Positions 47,801 to 57,413 of a stretch of 64,000 nucleotides of DNA are shown here, in pieces. Positions within the stretch are counted from its first letter, which is position 1, and each line of letters opens with the position of its first letter. This DNA is from an uncultured virus (IMG/VR IMGVR_UViG_3300025687_000023) (Duplodnaviria > Heunggongvirae > Uroviricota > Caudoviricetes), in IMG/VR virus record IMGVR_UViG_3300025687_000023; one strand, 5' to 3'. A program made the translations under genes and the position numbers. The notes beneath the pieces are model-generated. The model saw only the letters and a list, made by a program, of their open reading frames with translations. It searched no databases and was not told the DNA's origin.

Positions 47801-49391
47801 GTACATTGATCATGAAGGTGATGTTTATGGCATACCTCAAGACAATGGAGAAATGGGAGAAACATTCACTATGTATTCAAGGCCCTCTGCGTTCGGCCCT
47901 CCTGTTGCTAGAATAGTTAATTCAAGTGCAAATAATTTTCGAGCTATTAACTGGGCTAAATTCAAATTTGAAGGATCAATAGATTTTAGCTACCCAGGAC
48001 CAGACACAGCAAGATCCATATCTCTACCACCAGGATATGGCTATAGTAGTATCGGTCCAGAAGATGGTTATAATTGGCCTTTTACACCTCCTTATTATCA
48101 TGGAGAAGCTTGGGCAGATATATTTTTTCAGCCCCCATCAGGTGCAAAAAAATACTCATTATCAGAAATTATTAATAACTCTTCTGTAGAATTTTTTAGA
48201 CACTACACTACTTCCTCCGTATCGGATTCAAATTTGTCTAGTGGAATAAGTTTTCCTTCACTAATGATAAATGATCAAGCAATGCAAATTCCTTCTTCTA
48301 TGAATATTTTTTCTAGAGGTATTCTTCGAGAAGACTCAGAGAACCTTACAATTAATACACAAATAGAGTCTAAATATCGATGGATTATTCAATCAAAATG
48401 GGAAACACCAACACTTAACTTCAATCATTTATCTCATGAAGATTTAACTATGCCTCCATCTCACGCAACAGCATCTGTTCCAATTGGAATGTGGCACCAA
48501 TACGGCCGGCTCCCTCAAAGGACTGATGAGGGAATTTTTATACAAGTAACTGATATTCCGTCAAACTGGATTGAGGGAGCTATGTCAGGTAGTGTTAACA
48601 CCACTGGTTCTCTTGTCGACCTTTGTGGATTTTCAACAGATCCAATCAGAGTTGGAGAGATTAAAAATACAAAAACTATCGAAGAAGCTGTTGTTGCTGT
48701 TCCTTTTGTTAATCGCAATGGATTTAGAGAGTTCTTTAAATTAAACAAAGAAGATATCTATCGTGCTATCAATGGAATAGAAGAAGCTGTTGGTCCAACC
48801 GTATTCAAACTAACTCAACAATTAGACAAATACGTATTTCCTCCACAATTTGATTATAAAAGAAATAAAGATATTACACCTGTTGCAATGTATGTGTTTG
48901 AGTTTTCTCACGAATTTACCAAGCAAGACCTCGCAGATATTTGGCAGAACCTGCCACCAAAGCTTGGAGAAGTTCACGAAACAGCAGAGGCAACAGTATC
49001 TCACGCTCTTTTTGCAGAAGAGTTCCTGGGAAAAGGAGCAGATCCAAAGAAAACCGAAAACGGAATTGAAAGAAATATCGTATCAGAATTAACAGATTTG
49101 CCATCAGATATCCAATGGATGGTTTTCAAAGTCAAGAAAAGAGCAAAATCGAATTACTTTGAGAAAATGTTTCAAAGAAACGAATCAAGAGATTCGGATG
49201 GAAACACCAACTTTACCGTTGACTCAACAGGTAAAAAATCAGATGTATCTTACAATTGGCCTTATGATTTCTTTTCTATGGTTGAACTAATTAAATTAGA
49301 TGCAGAGGTGGAATTTTCTAACGTTGACGAACAAAAGTCAAAACAAGAAAAGAAGCTTGTGACAAAGCCATATATATTTAGAGAAGATTAA
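44832..49391 (+). CDS. large virion structural protein (~1520 aa) with an N-terminal LamG-like region
   Basis: IYVNG..FAGKIKSIIVWD; likely start ATG 44832 (GGAG SD). Confidence 0.65.
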   Translation: MSTPLDFVGLNTLITKNEDLKAENKVTNYDKPRLDYIIDATNGSKNLSAIELGKTIEELEAKHGKLIGSKINGRQYLNDSYSTFVTSFKGGGKNLTFEITFNYNGWTPVEGSASNTTTAFLYGSEGSSLFTLFDRLLVILPITGIGDTIALATEGASAGGSYTRPRVIWPFDISSYKSGDIKLTIVLYSDEENFYKSSKSGKFSSQERKYAIYVNGQELGTPLIYSSVDALESAYKGLSLLLLEYIQGVSTPSIGSDLNDYAGLGYEYIVDAFAGKIKSIIVWDEAIEDNLIEELNNRSLEYYYKRNNGIDVGETQIPKESFITYDNTIIEKSINEISHHNSIASIVSSQGEQVLLSAVLNNINGPYGYSSFKQLRASQNWLMRAYNKDNTFSFVSEKGDTITVTKDGKILSTHKTKYGDIQNLTETPVSEQHKPLEMIATISDGFDDEKLSIKGTYSNETQFFKNKVINVETSREIEDSETYEDLKALTDTETTPLKSFDKLTLKQSVFPKNIYTHSRNHRTRPAYSSKIWRDQRASRTELGLNNGFGYYTPSQSFWPLDAEENFTTLPTTNYYGGALGYNSSGAAGVLQNSYSLFATSSDLSGVEIDNVVSASILYARPHTLTASTSVKNPFFTNLSGGTIGDCSKFTGHAAWEAGDMAGFFNTDGNFQLSPKKPFPDSYDEWAESFRGLGKGYSVVPEFRISDHVNHYLTNGFTSQKLDFLDVKGGNQDYAKSSDQDFFKVYSTTDFLKNFEIVKEDFKNKAAPTGITLRCKAIKKFLPYEGFYPCQRTVDLAKQFYDSYGFFISGSSWNEHELGYTVSGAIADVSSTSKYIAQPLITPLFSPGILFNSIKSGIACDFPIFDYPYVTGSVTPSLDGPFISSEIRKRIPFEALMEPEKHLANFEIHSIDPDIQSPKIKSTWTGQGDNLYKLMINNFVSEIGDFFLENERHTTITSLPEGDPNFGNVQPGKIYGMRIKMFRSISGSKGVYIDHEGDVYGIPQDNGEMGETFTMYSRPSAFGPPVARIVNSSANNFRAINWAKFKFEGSIDFSYPGPDTARSISLPPGYGYSSIGPEDGYNWPFTPPYYHGEAWADIFFQPPSGAKKYSLSEIINNSSVEFFRHYTTSSVSDSNLSSGISFPSLMINDQAMQIPSSMNIFSRGILREDSENLTINTQIESKYRWIIQSKWETPTLNFNHLSHEDLTMPPSHATASVPIGMWHQYGRLPQRTDEGIFIQVTDIPSNWIEGAMSGSVNTTGSLVDLCGFSTDPIRVGEIKNTKTIEEAVVAVPFVNRNGFREFFKLNKEDIYRAINGIEEAVGPTVFKLTQQLDKYVFPPQFDYKRNKDITPVAMYVFEFSHEFTKQDLADIWQNLPPKLGEVHETAEATVSHALFAEEFLGKGADPKKTENGIERNIVSELTDLPSDIQWMVFKVKKRAKSNYFEKMFQRNESRDSDGNTNFTVDSTGKKSDVSYNWPYDFFSMVELIKLDAEVEFSNVDEQKSKQEKKLVTKPYIFRED

Positions 49392-50491
49392 TGTCATTTT
49401 TTGATAAGAAAGAAGAAGTATTGGACCTCAAGCTAACGCCTTACGGAAGACATCTGTTGTCCAAAGGCAAATTGAAGCCTGTTTATTATGCTTTTCTTGA
49501 TGATGATATTATTTATGACTCTGATGCTGCTAACTTCACAGAATCAAATGACGAAATAAAAGCAAGGATTATTGATGAAACTCCTTCGCTAAAGCCTCAT
49601 TATACCATGAATTCCGTTGAGACCACAATAAATGATAATGAATATGACGAAATAGATTATGATGATCAAGCAGCTCTTGACGCTCTAACTCAACCATACG
49701 ACAAATACAGTCCTTTATCAGACTTAAACACAAAATTCCTTCAGAATACCATTGGAACATCCAATTCCTCAAAGAAAAATGCCCCATTTTGGGACGTTCT
49801 CAATCTCCGAGGGGAAATCACTAAGGCAACAAGAACAACGAATTCTGAGGTGTCCTCGTCCGTTGAATACCAAAATGATATTGATACTCCATCTTTGGTT
49901 ACTAACATACCACAAATTGATGTTGAGATTGAATATTTTGCAACATTAAAAAGATCTTCAGATGCAGATTATCTAGAGATAACTAACAAACTATCTTCCT
50001 TAAATCTTCCTCCACCAGAAGTCGAAGCAGATGGAACCTATATTTACATTCAAGAAGATCAATTATTGTCAAGAATATATGAAAGAAATGCTTTTGAATT
50101 TGACGAAGCTTTTGATATTCAAGTGTTCAAGTATGTTCAAGAAGGAAACGCAAATACCTCAAACAATTGGAAACAGCTAAAATTCTTAAACAAACCAAAG
50201 AGAATTATTAAAGATATCTTGATGGATGAAGAAGAGCAAGAAGAATTCATAGAACTTGAAACAACACCAGACGTTGTTGAGTATTATTTTGATCTTAGAG
50301 TTGATGAAGAAATTGCAATAAAAGATATCTGTCAAGCGGTTGCTCAACTTGAAGGAGTCGACGATATTACGCTTGATCTTGGAATAGATATTGATATCGA
50401 TTGCAAAGATCTTATTCTTACACCAGATAGTGGCGGTGGAGGTCCTGATAAGTGTGCTGACGATGTATGTGATGACGAGGTGGAATCATGA
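49391..50491 (+). CDS. virion structural protein, N-terminal paralog of ORF 55296
   Basis: LTPYGRHLLSKG..YYAFLDDDIIY versus LTDHGRKVLAKG..KFALGDEEIDY. Confidence 0.65.
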   Translation: MSFFDKKEEVLDLKLTPYGRHLLSKGKLKPVYYAFLDDDIIYDSDAANFTESNDEIKARIIDETPSLKPHYTMNSVETTINDNEYDEIDYDDQAALDALTQPYDKYSPLSDLNTKFLQNTIGTSNSSKKNAPFWDVLNLRGEITKATRTTNSEVSSSVEYQNDIDTPSLVTNIPQIDVEIEYFATLKRSSDADYLEITNKLSSLNLPPPEVEADGTYIYIQEDQLLSRIYERNAFEFDEAFDIQVFKYVQEGNANTSNNWKQLKFLNKPKRIIKDILMDEEEQEEFIELETTPDVVEYYFDLRVDEEIAIKDICQAVAQLEGVDDITLDLGIDIDIDCKDLILTPDSGGGGPDKCADDVCDDEVES

Positions 50492-53400
50492 TTTTAGATT
50501 TAATTGGTGAAGAAAATCTTCCAAATGTTTATTTTGATTCTATCGAAATAGATGCTGTAAACCATGCTGGAAAAACAAGACAAGATATGGGAGCTCACCT
50601 GAAGGTCTCATTGAAAGTGTATGATGGTTTAAATCATTTAGGCATTCCTTATTTTTCTGATTTTAAAACAAATCCAAAGAAAACAATACTTTTGGTATTG
50701 TCGAAAGATCCTAAATTTACACAAGTCTTAACAGAACAAGGCGGTGTGTTAAATCCTAGAAAACTTAGAAGTTTGCCTGGATATGATCCATCAAAAGTCG
50801 AATATCAAGTCTTGTCCTCTCGGCGCGTCAAGCTAAGTAAAGAAGAAGAAACAGAGATCTATTATAATGTAAAATTTAAATTAGGATCTAAAGAAGATCA
50901 TGCTGCGTTGTTTACTTGCATTTACAAAGAAATAAGAGACGATTACACAAACGGCCCAGTCACATCAGAGTTGGTCTTAATCGAAGGAAAAACGGTCAAG
51001 AAAGCTTTCTATTTTGTTGAAAGGGGTACAAGCCGAGTTTGGAATGGACCGGTCCACAAACACCCTTCTCGTGGCTTTATGGGTGGTTCTTACCACACCT
51101 CTGAACAACATCCTTTGCTTGATCGAATAGGTACAGCAAATTTAAAGATCAAAGACAAAAGAGTGCAAAGCTCACAATTAAGTTTGCCTACAAAAGAATA
51201 TAATAAAGATAAGAAAAATTTAACAAACTATCATTTTGGAGAATTGGTTCATTCTCAAAGCGAAAATGGAGGTTTTAATTTTATCTTTGACATAAACAAA
51301 TTTCAAATAATGAAGGACTATTCTTTAAACAAAAAGATGACAATGATAAATGAAGACTTATTCTATAACCTTTCAATGAGGTCAAGAATTAAAGATTTCT
51401 CTATTTTCTATAACACAAAAACAAATAAAGAATTTAAACGTATCTCTAAGTCAATGGAAGTCAATGGACTTCTTAAAACCATGTACACTGATGTTAGAGG
51501 TAACGAAACAAGAATGTTAAGTAACAGAGATGATAGAGTAGGTAAGATAGAAGCTATCGTTGAGGAATTAGTTCTAAACAGAGAGAATGAATTAAGAACT
51601 TTTAATTGTCAAATAAACAAAAAACAAATTTATCAAATTAAAGTTGTAATAGAGTTTGACGATTCAACAATAAACTACCTTAAAAGTTTACAAAGAGAAA
51701 TAGAGAAATCAAAAGCAAACTTGACAAAGTACCATGCTCTTCTCAAGAAGCCAATAAATTATGACAAAGATAGAATGAAAACAAGCACAATATTTAGAGA
51801 AAATTATTCTAGAAGAATTGAACTGTGGTATTCTCCGATAAAAACGTTTGAAAAGATAATTAATATCAATACAAAAATACCTCAACAAGAGAAACAAGAA
51901 TTGTTGTCAAACATTTTCAATATGTTAAATCCAAGAGCGGTCACACCTGATAGTTGCGAGAAAGTTATTAATTTTTATTCTAAAGAAGCAGAAAGGTTTT
52001 TAAAGTTATATAACATTAGGAAAAATGATAAATTTGGCAAAGGTCGAACAAATGCAAAACCTAATCTTGATAAAAACACAGTTCAAGTCAAAAAGGTCTA
52101 CAAAGTTAATTTCAAAACAAATCCAAGAACTTTAGATATGTTCCCAACTACAGATGCAGACAAACAGATTCCATTGGTCAGAGTTTCCAGTTTGATACAA
52201 TTGTTAACAGCAGAAGCGGAAAGATACGAGGTCAACACTAGTGAGTTTGAAAATATTAGAAATCTAGATAGAGATGTGTTGTACCTAGGCCCTAGGGCCA
52301 TTAATTTCAAGAATAATAGATACGATACGGAACAACTAAAGAACATAGAAGAAGAAAAGATCAAGACAATTGTTGAAGAATCAAACAAAAAACTAGATTT
52401 TAATTTAGGATTTTCAAGACTTTTAGTGCAAAGATATGTTGAAGACAAAGCTGAAACAATTGATCCTGTTAAGCAACTAGGAGAAGACTCACCTTTTCAA
52501 ACTAATTTAGATTCTAAAGATAAAGTTAAAGAAAGAGTAAGAACTTCTTTAAATGCAACCAATTTAACTTCAGTGTCTAAAAGTAGAACGATGGGTTACA
52601 ACAAAAACAAAAAGCTTTTTGCAAAAGACAAAGATGGTAATATATTTTCTTCAAAGGGTTCGACACAAATCCAAAGAATTCCTGTTCATCTCAAAGATCT
52701 TACTTACAAAGATGAAATATATGGTGTTGATAAGAATGAATTCTTGAAAAACCAACCAAACAAGAAAAGCTTAATGTATGAAAATATCTACAAATTAGAG
52801 ATTCTATCTGAAGCTGAAGAAGATAAAAGAAATAGAGTTATGATGAATAGCAGAAACCCTATCGAGAGAAGTTTAGCTCAATTACGAAGACTGGATAAGC
52901 CTACATATTGTATTTTAAGCAAATATATAGAAAATGATGTTGTTGTCGAGGACAACGAGTTTAATCGTTTTGCTGCGGTGAACACTTGTGTACTTATAAT
53001 ACCTGACAATTGGGACTTTACCAGAGAAGAATTACAAGAATACAACGGTTCTAATACATTAGCGATACTTTATGACCAAATGATAAACACAATAGATTTA
53101 GAAGAATCATTTATAAGAACTAGCCTAGTTATTCAGAGTGAAGATAGAGAGCCAATCAAGATAGTCAAAAGAGCAGGAAGCTCTAGAAGACCTTTGATAT
53201 CTAAGCCAAAAACGGGTAGGGTTGAAAAGATTACGAATAAACAACAAATAGAACAAAAGAAAGAACAAGAGATAAAAATCAAGGAAGCGAATAAAATAAA
53301 GCCAAAAGAAGAGCCAAAGAAACCTACACGCAAGCAAATTAAAGATAGTAGAAAACAAAGAGAAAAGGCTAAACAACCTTTAAATAATAGAACTGAGACA

Positions 53401-53502
53401 CAGCCAACTACAAGAACTAATACATCTAGACAACAATCAAGCGAAAACACAAGACAACCAACTAGAAGAACAAATAGAACAGGAAGAAGACGTGGTTATT
53501 AA
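50488..53502 (+). CDS. 1004-aa hypothetical (probably structural) protein with a His-rich motif and a basic tail
   Basis: WNGPVHKHPSRGFMGGSYHTSEQHPLL; K/R/T-rich C-terminus. Confidence 0.65.
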   Translation: MILDLIGEENLPNVYFDSIEIDAVNHAGKTRQDMGAHLKVSLKVYDGLNHLGIPYFSDFKTNPKKTILLVLSKDPKFTQVLTEQGGVLNPRKLRSLPGYDPSKVEYQVLSSRRVKLSKEEETEIYYNVKFKLGSKEDHAALFTCIYKEIRDDYTNGPVTSELVLIEGKTVKKAFYFVERGTSRVWNGPVHKHPSRGFMGGSYHTSEQHPLLDRIGTANLKIKDKRVQSSQLSLPTKEYNKDKKNLTNYHFGELVHSQSENGGFNFIFDINKFQIMKDYSLNKKMTMINEDLFYNLSMRSRIKDFSIFYNTKTNKEFKRISKSMEVNGLLKTMYTDVRGNETRMLSNRDDRVGKIEAIVEELVLNRENELRTFNCQINKKQIYQIKVVIEFDDSTINYLKSLQREIEKSKANLTKYHALLKKPINYDKDRMKTSTIFRENYSRRIELWYSPIKTFEKIININTKIPQQEKQELLSNIFNMLNPRAVTPDSCEKVINFYSKEAERFLKLYNIRKNDKFGKGRTNAKPNLDKNTVQVKKVYKVNFKTNPRTLDMFPTTDADKQIPLVRVSSLIQLLTAEAERYEVNTSEFENIRNLDRDVLYLGPRAINFKNNRYDTEQLKNIEEEKIKTIVEESNKKLDFNLGFSRLLVQRYVEDKAETIDPVKQLGEDSPFQTNLDSKDKVKERVRTSLNATNLTSVSKSRTMGYNKNKKLFAKDKDGNIFSSKGSTQIQRIPVHLKDLTYKDEIYGVDKNEFLKNQPNKKSLMYENIYKLEILSEAEEDKRNRVMMNSRNPIERSLAQLRRLDKPTYCILSKYIENDVVVEDNEFNRFAAVNTCVLIIPDNWDFTREELQEYNGSNTLAILYDQMINTIDLEESFIRTSLVIQSEDREPIKIVKRAGSSRRPLISKPKTGRVEKITNKQQIEQKKEQEIKIKEANKIKPKEEPKKPTRKQIKDSRKQREKAKQPLNNRTETQPTTRTNTSRQQSSENTRQPTRRTNRTGRRRGY

Positions 53503-55264
53503 GATTAAATCTGAAATTGGTAATATAAATTTTGGAAATTTTGGAGGAATATTTGATGTTAATATTCCTCAACCTGGAATATTAATAAAACCAGTATTTG
53601 AATACATTAGTAAACAATTTGAAGATTATTCTGATGTTTTGTCATCAGAATTGCAATTACCAAACTGCTATTTAGAAACCAGTTTTAATCCAAATGATCA
53701 TTCGGAACTTGAAAAATTGGTTCTTTTCGACACAAATACGTTGTCAATAAAGCCCGAAGATCCTGACAGAAGAAGGTATTTTATAGATTTTAATTTTTTT
53801 AGAAGTTTTGATGGAGATTCTCCTCCTGTTGTCAATGATTTAACAGGAGATGCAACAAGATTTGAAAATATTGTATTAACATCTTACTCACCTTTTTACA
53901 TAAACGGCCCTTCAATTGGAAAAGTTTTTCCAAATAAAATTAATATTAAAATATCAAACTTGGGAACAACACCAATACAAATTGGAAATAATTTTAAAAA
54001 GTTTTTGCGTGAAAATAAATACATGTATAAATTTCTTGCTGATATGGTTCAAGGAGTATCTCCACTAAAACAAAGAGATGTACTTCTAAACAATGAACTA
54101 GTAACATTAAATTATTATGATCTTGTTGGTTTTAGCTCACCAGAAATAGACGATAAATGGTTTGATAATCATGTGGCTTTAATAAAACCAGAAGAAAAAG
54201 AGATAGATATAGATCTTTACAATGGAGACATAAGTGTTCAATCCTTTTATCATAATGGAGAAATTGTTTTTGTAAGAATAAACAAAACTGGTGAGGGAAT
54301 AAATCAAAATTTTTGGGTTTATCCTAATTCTGATGGTATAGTTAATTTTTGCGATACACAAGTAAAGATAGAAAAAGATTACACGTACAAAGCTTTTGCA
54401 TATGTTTTAATCAACGAAGATATGACGTCTGTTTATAATGGAGAAATTTCAAGACCAAAACTTTATGAAATTCAAATAAGTGACGAAATTGTAGCCAAAG
54501 TAATGCAACCACCTCACCCAAGACCTCAAGTAGAATTTAAAAATATTAAAAACAAAAAAGACAAGATAAAAGTTATGCTTAATTTATCCTCGAATGAATA
54601 TAAAAGTCTAAACTACAGAGGTGTATCTCAATCTGAGGAGGAAGATTTTGATTTAAATTATGCAAAATACGATCCATTCTCCACAAGAGATTCTTGCTTT
54701 CAATATGAAACAGAAAGAGGAAAATTCCAAATTTTCAAAATGGAAAAACATCCAACAAGTTATTATGACATTGGATCTAATGCTTCCTCATTCAATGTAG
54801 AATCAGATAAATCAACTATGGCTCATTTTCAAGATACAATTGAACCATTTAAAGATTATTACTACATGATAAGAAGTTTCAACACATATGGATACTATTC
54901 CAATCCCTCGCCAATTTACAAAGTACATATGACAAAAGACGCAAATGATACTTTCTTGCACGTTGAAACCGTTGACTTTCATGTTTCGGATCAAAACAAA
55001 TATATGCTTGAGAAAACAATGGCAAAACTATTACAAGTTGTCCCTTCAAGTTATCAAACAACTTTAGTCACATCTGAGGAGTTTGGAGGATATGGTCAAG
55101 AAACAAATTCCAACAATTTACCAGATCTTGGAATTGTTGATAAAAAAATATGGGATACAAACACAAAATTCAAATTAAGATTAGTTTCTAGAAAAACAGG
55201 AAAGAAAATTGATTTTAACTTGAATTTTAAATTAACAAAACAAATTACTCAAAATACTGAGTAA
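53492..55264 (+). CDS. hypothetical structural protein, beta-sandwich-like
   Basis: 590 aa; FCDTQVK..YTY and FQDTIEP..YYYMIRS..YSNPS resemble Fn3-like repeats; GTG start uncertain. Confidence 0.6.
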   Translation: MVIKIKSEIGNINFGNFGGIFDVNIPQPGILIKPVFEYISKQFEDYSDVLSSELQLPNCYLETSFNPNDHSELEKLVLFDTNTLSIKPEDPDRRRYFIDFNFFRSFDGDSPPVVNDLTGDATRFENIVLTSYSPFYINGPSIGKVFPNKINIKISNLGTTPIQIGNNFKKFLRENKYMYKFLADMVQGVSPLKQRDVLLNNELVTLNYYDLVGFSSPEIDDKWFDNHVALIKPEEKEIDIDLYNGDISVQSFYHNGEIVFVRINKTGEGINQNFWVYPNSDGIVNFCDTQVKIEKDYTYKAFAYVLINEDMTSVYNGEISRPKLYEIQISDEIVAKVMQPPHPRPQVEFKNIKNKKDKIKVMLNLSSNEYKSLNYRGVSQSEEEDFDLNYAKYDPFSTRDSCFQYETERGKFQIFKMEKHPTSYYDIGSNASSFNVESDKSTMAHFQDTIEPFKDYYYMIRSFNTYGYYSNPSPIYKVHMTKDANDTFLHVETVDFHVSDQNKYMLEKTMAKLLQVVPSSYQTTLVTSEEFGGYGQETNSNNLPDLGIVDKKIWDTNTKFKLRLVSRKTGKKIDFNLNFKLTKQITQNTE

Positions 55265-55265
55265 T

Positions 55266-55273
55266 ACTATTTA
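55266..55273 (+). promoter_or_regulatory. putative late promoter motif ACTATTTA
   Basis: Intergenic, upstream of the GGGAG SD and ATG 55296. Confidence 0.55.
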
Positions 55274-55295
55274 TTATAACATTAGGGAGAAATTT

Positions 55296-56249
55296 ATGGG
55301 TTTTTTAGATAATTCTGGCGACATAATTTTAGACGCTGTATTAACGGACCATGGTCGCAAAGTTTTAGCTAAAGGTGACGGTTCTTTTCAAATTACAAAA
55401 TTTGCACTTGGAGATGAAGAAATAGATTACTCTTTGTATGACACTTCAAACACCAATGGATCGGCTTATTATGATCTCGAAATCCTTCAAACCCCAATTC
55501 TTGAAGCTTTCACAGATAACGCTGTTTCAATGAAATCTAAACTGGTAACTTATGAAAGTCTAGAACTTTTGTACCTTCCGGTGATTAAGTTGAATGAAAT
55601 AATTGATGGATCAACAACAGCTCGACATTCAAGTGGATCATTTATTGTTGCTGTTGACGGATTAACAGAAAATGACAATGGAAGCACTTCAACACAAAAT
55701 GGTATTGGATATGATTCAACAGGAACAGCTATTGCCGGTATTCTATTTGGGCAAACTACATCTACCGGTGGAAGAATAAGATTAGACCAAGGTTTAGACA
55801 CAAACGCTATTACACCAGCTCAAACCCTTTCAGCTGATATGGTTGAAGAAAGTTACACAATTCAAATAGATAACAGACTAGGAAATATCAGAACTGTTGC
55901 AGGTGGAAATGTTTCTTTAGATTACATTGACGATGACAATATTGCTTATTATACAGTAACTTCAGAAGATGGTGTTATTACCAATAATCCAAATACTGAT
56001 TCAAATGGTGCTGGTCAAGTAATTGAAGGTCCAAGAGGCACAATTTTACAATTTAAAATTGGTTCTTCTTTGTCATTACAGACTAGTACTTATCTATTTA
56101 CACAACTTGGTTCTACTTCAAGACTAGACAACAGAGCAGGAAGCTCATCTGAAGTATATCATATCGATACACTAGTTAGAGTTACTGGAATGAATACTGG
56201 GTACACTATTGATGTTCCTGTAAGATTCGTAAAATTTAAATCAACATAA
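55296..56249 (+). CDS. virion structural protein with a tail-collar (P2 gpH N-terminal)-like first motif
   Basis: DAVLTDHGRKVLAKG..ITKFALGD. Confidence 0.65.
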   Translation: MGFLDNSGDIILDAVLTDHGRKVLAKGDGSFQITKFALGDEEIDYSLYDTSNTNGSAYYDLEILQTPILEAFTDNAVSMKSKLVTYESLELLYLPVIKLNEIIDGSTTARHSSGSFIVAVDGLTENDNGSTSTQNGIGYDSTGTAIAGILFGQTTSTGGRIRLDQGLDTNAITPAQTLSADMVEESYTIQIDNRLGNIRTVAGGNVSLDYIDDDNIAYYTVTSEDGVITNNPNTDSNGAGQVIEGPRGTILQFKIGSSLSLQTSTYLFTQLGSTSRLDNRAGSSSEVYHIDTLVRVTGMNTGYTIDVPVRFVKFKST

Positions 56250-56262
56250 AGAGAGATAAAAT

Positions 56263-57399
56263 ATGGCTAATGTAGGTGCATTTAAAAATTTAGGTGAAAA
56301 CGATATCGTTTCAACAAGAACGCTTCTTCATGAAGCTATTCCTTTAACGGGAACAATTGTTTCCGGAACTTATAATGATAATAATATAAAGTTTCATACT
56401 CACGGTATGTTCCAAACTGTTTATGATTATCCTTATCTATCTTCTTCAGCAAACCACATTTTTGATATTACTTATGGTATGTCAACAAATTCTGCTGTTT
56501 ATGATACAAGTGTAAATCAATACAAAAAGAAAAAGAACGTTTACAATCAAATGGCTCAAATTCTTGTAGGATATGATGTAACAGGTTCAGTTCTGGAATT
56601 CGACGCAGATGGAAATATTCTTGCTGGTGGAGCTAAACTAAGAGACAACTTTATTATCCCTTTTTCTCGTTTGCTTGTTAAAGATGAAATCAAGAAAGAG
56701 TCTTTCTCAATGGAGTTAGGTATCTCTTCTTCTGTTGATTTTGCCGGAGCGTTGTTCCAAGACAGAATAACCATTTCTGATGTTGGAGCTAAAACTTCTT
56801 ACTTTGTAAACTCTCCTGCTGGGGAATATGCGATTCTTTATGCAACTGCTTCAAACCAAACAGGATATCTATTACACGATACAAACGTAACCACAATTGG
56901 GTCGAATGTTTATCATCCAGTTGGTTTGATTTATTATCAAGCAGGTATTGTTGTTATCACTGGTTCTGTTTTTAAAGATCAAGCTGATGGTGGAATTATC
57001 CATAACGACTCAGGTTCTTGCAACTTTTTCGATACAGCAGGAAATACCACATCTTCTTTTGATGAAATGACAGATGAATTTACAATTAAAACAATTGGTA
57101 ACAATTTGAGAAATAGAATTTACAACATTTCTTTTAATAACACAACCGAGTTAAACTCAACAATTTATTTCTGTCGTGCAAATCACAACGAGTTTAACTA
57201 CTCAACTAATCCAACTTACCTATCAGGTTCAAAGATAATTGTAAAAGATAACAATCCATCAGCTGATCCGATTTCTTATATTACAACAATCGGTTTGTAT
57301 TCTCCGAATAATGAATTGATGGCTGTTGCAAAATTGTCTGAACCTTTGAAGAAAACACCTTCTCAAGAGTTTACCCTCCGAGTTAGATTAGACTATTAA
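56263..57399 (+). CDS. virion structural protein (paralog of ORF 57414)
   Basis: GLIYYQAGIVV, EFNYSTNPT, YITTIGLY..LMAVAKLSEPLKK..RVRLDY. Confidence 0.65.
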   Translation: MANVGAFKNLGENDIVSTRTLLHEAIPLTGTIVSGTYNDNNIKFHTHGMFQTVYDYPYLSSSANHIFDITYGMSTNSAVYDTSVNQYKKKKNVYNQMAQILVGYDVTGSVLEFDADGNILAGGAKLRDNFIIPFSRLLVKDEIKKESFSMELGISSSVDFAGALFQDRITISDVGAKTSYFVNSPAGEYAILYATASNQTGYLLHDTNVTTIGSNVYHPVGLIYYQAGIVVITGSVFKDQADGGIIHNDSGSCNFFDTAGNTTSSFDEMTDEFTIKTIGNNLRNRIYNISFNNTTELNSTIYFCRANHNEFNYSTNPTYLSGSKIIVKDNNPSADPISYITTIGLYSPNNELMAVAKLSEPLKKTPSQEFTLRVRLDY

Positions 57400-57413
57400 T
57401 CTAGGAGGCTCTT

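Noticed and set aside
57392..57399. ACTATTAA as another late promoter
   Set aside because: One mismatch to the motif and explained by the Asp-Tyr-stop codons; too weak to call
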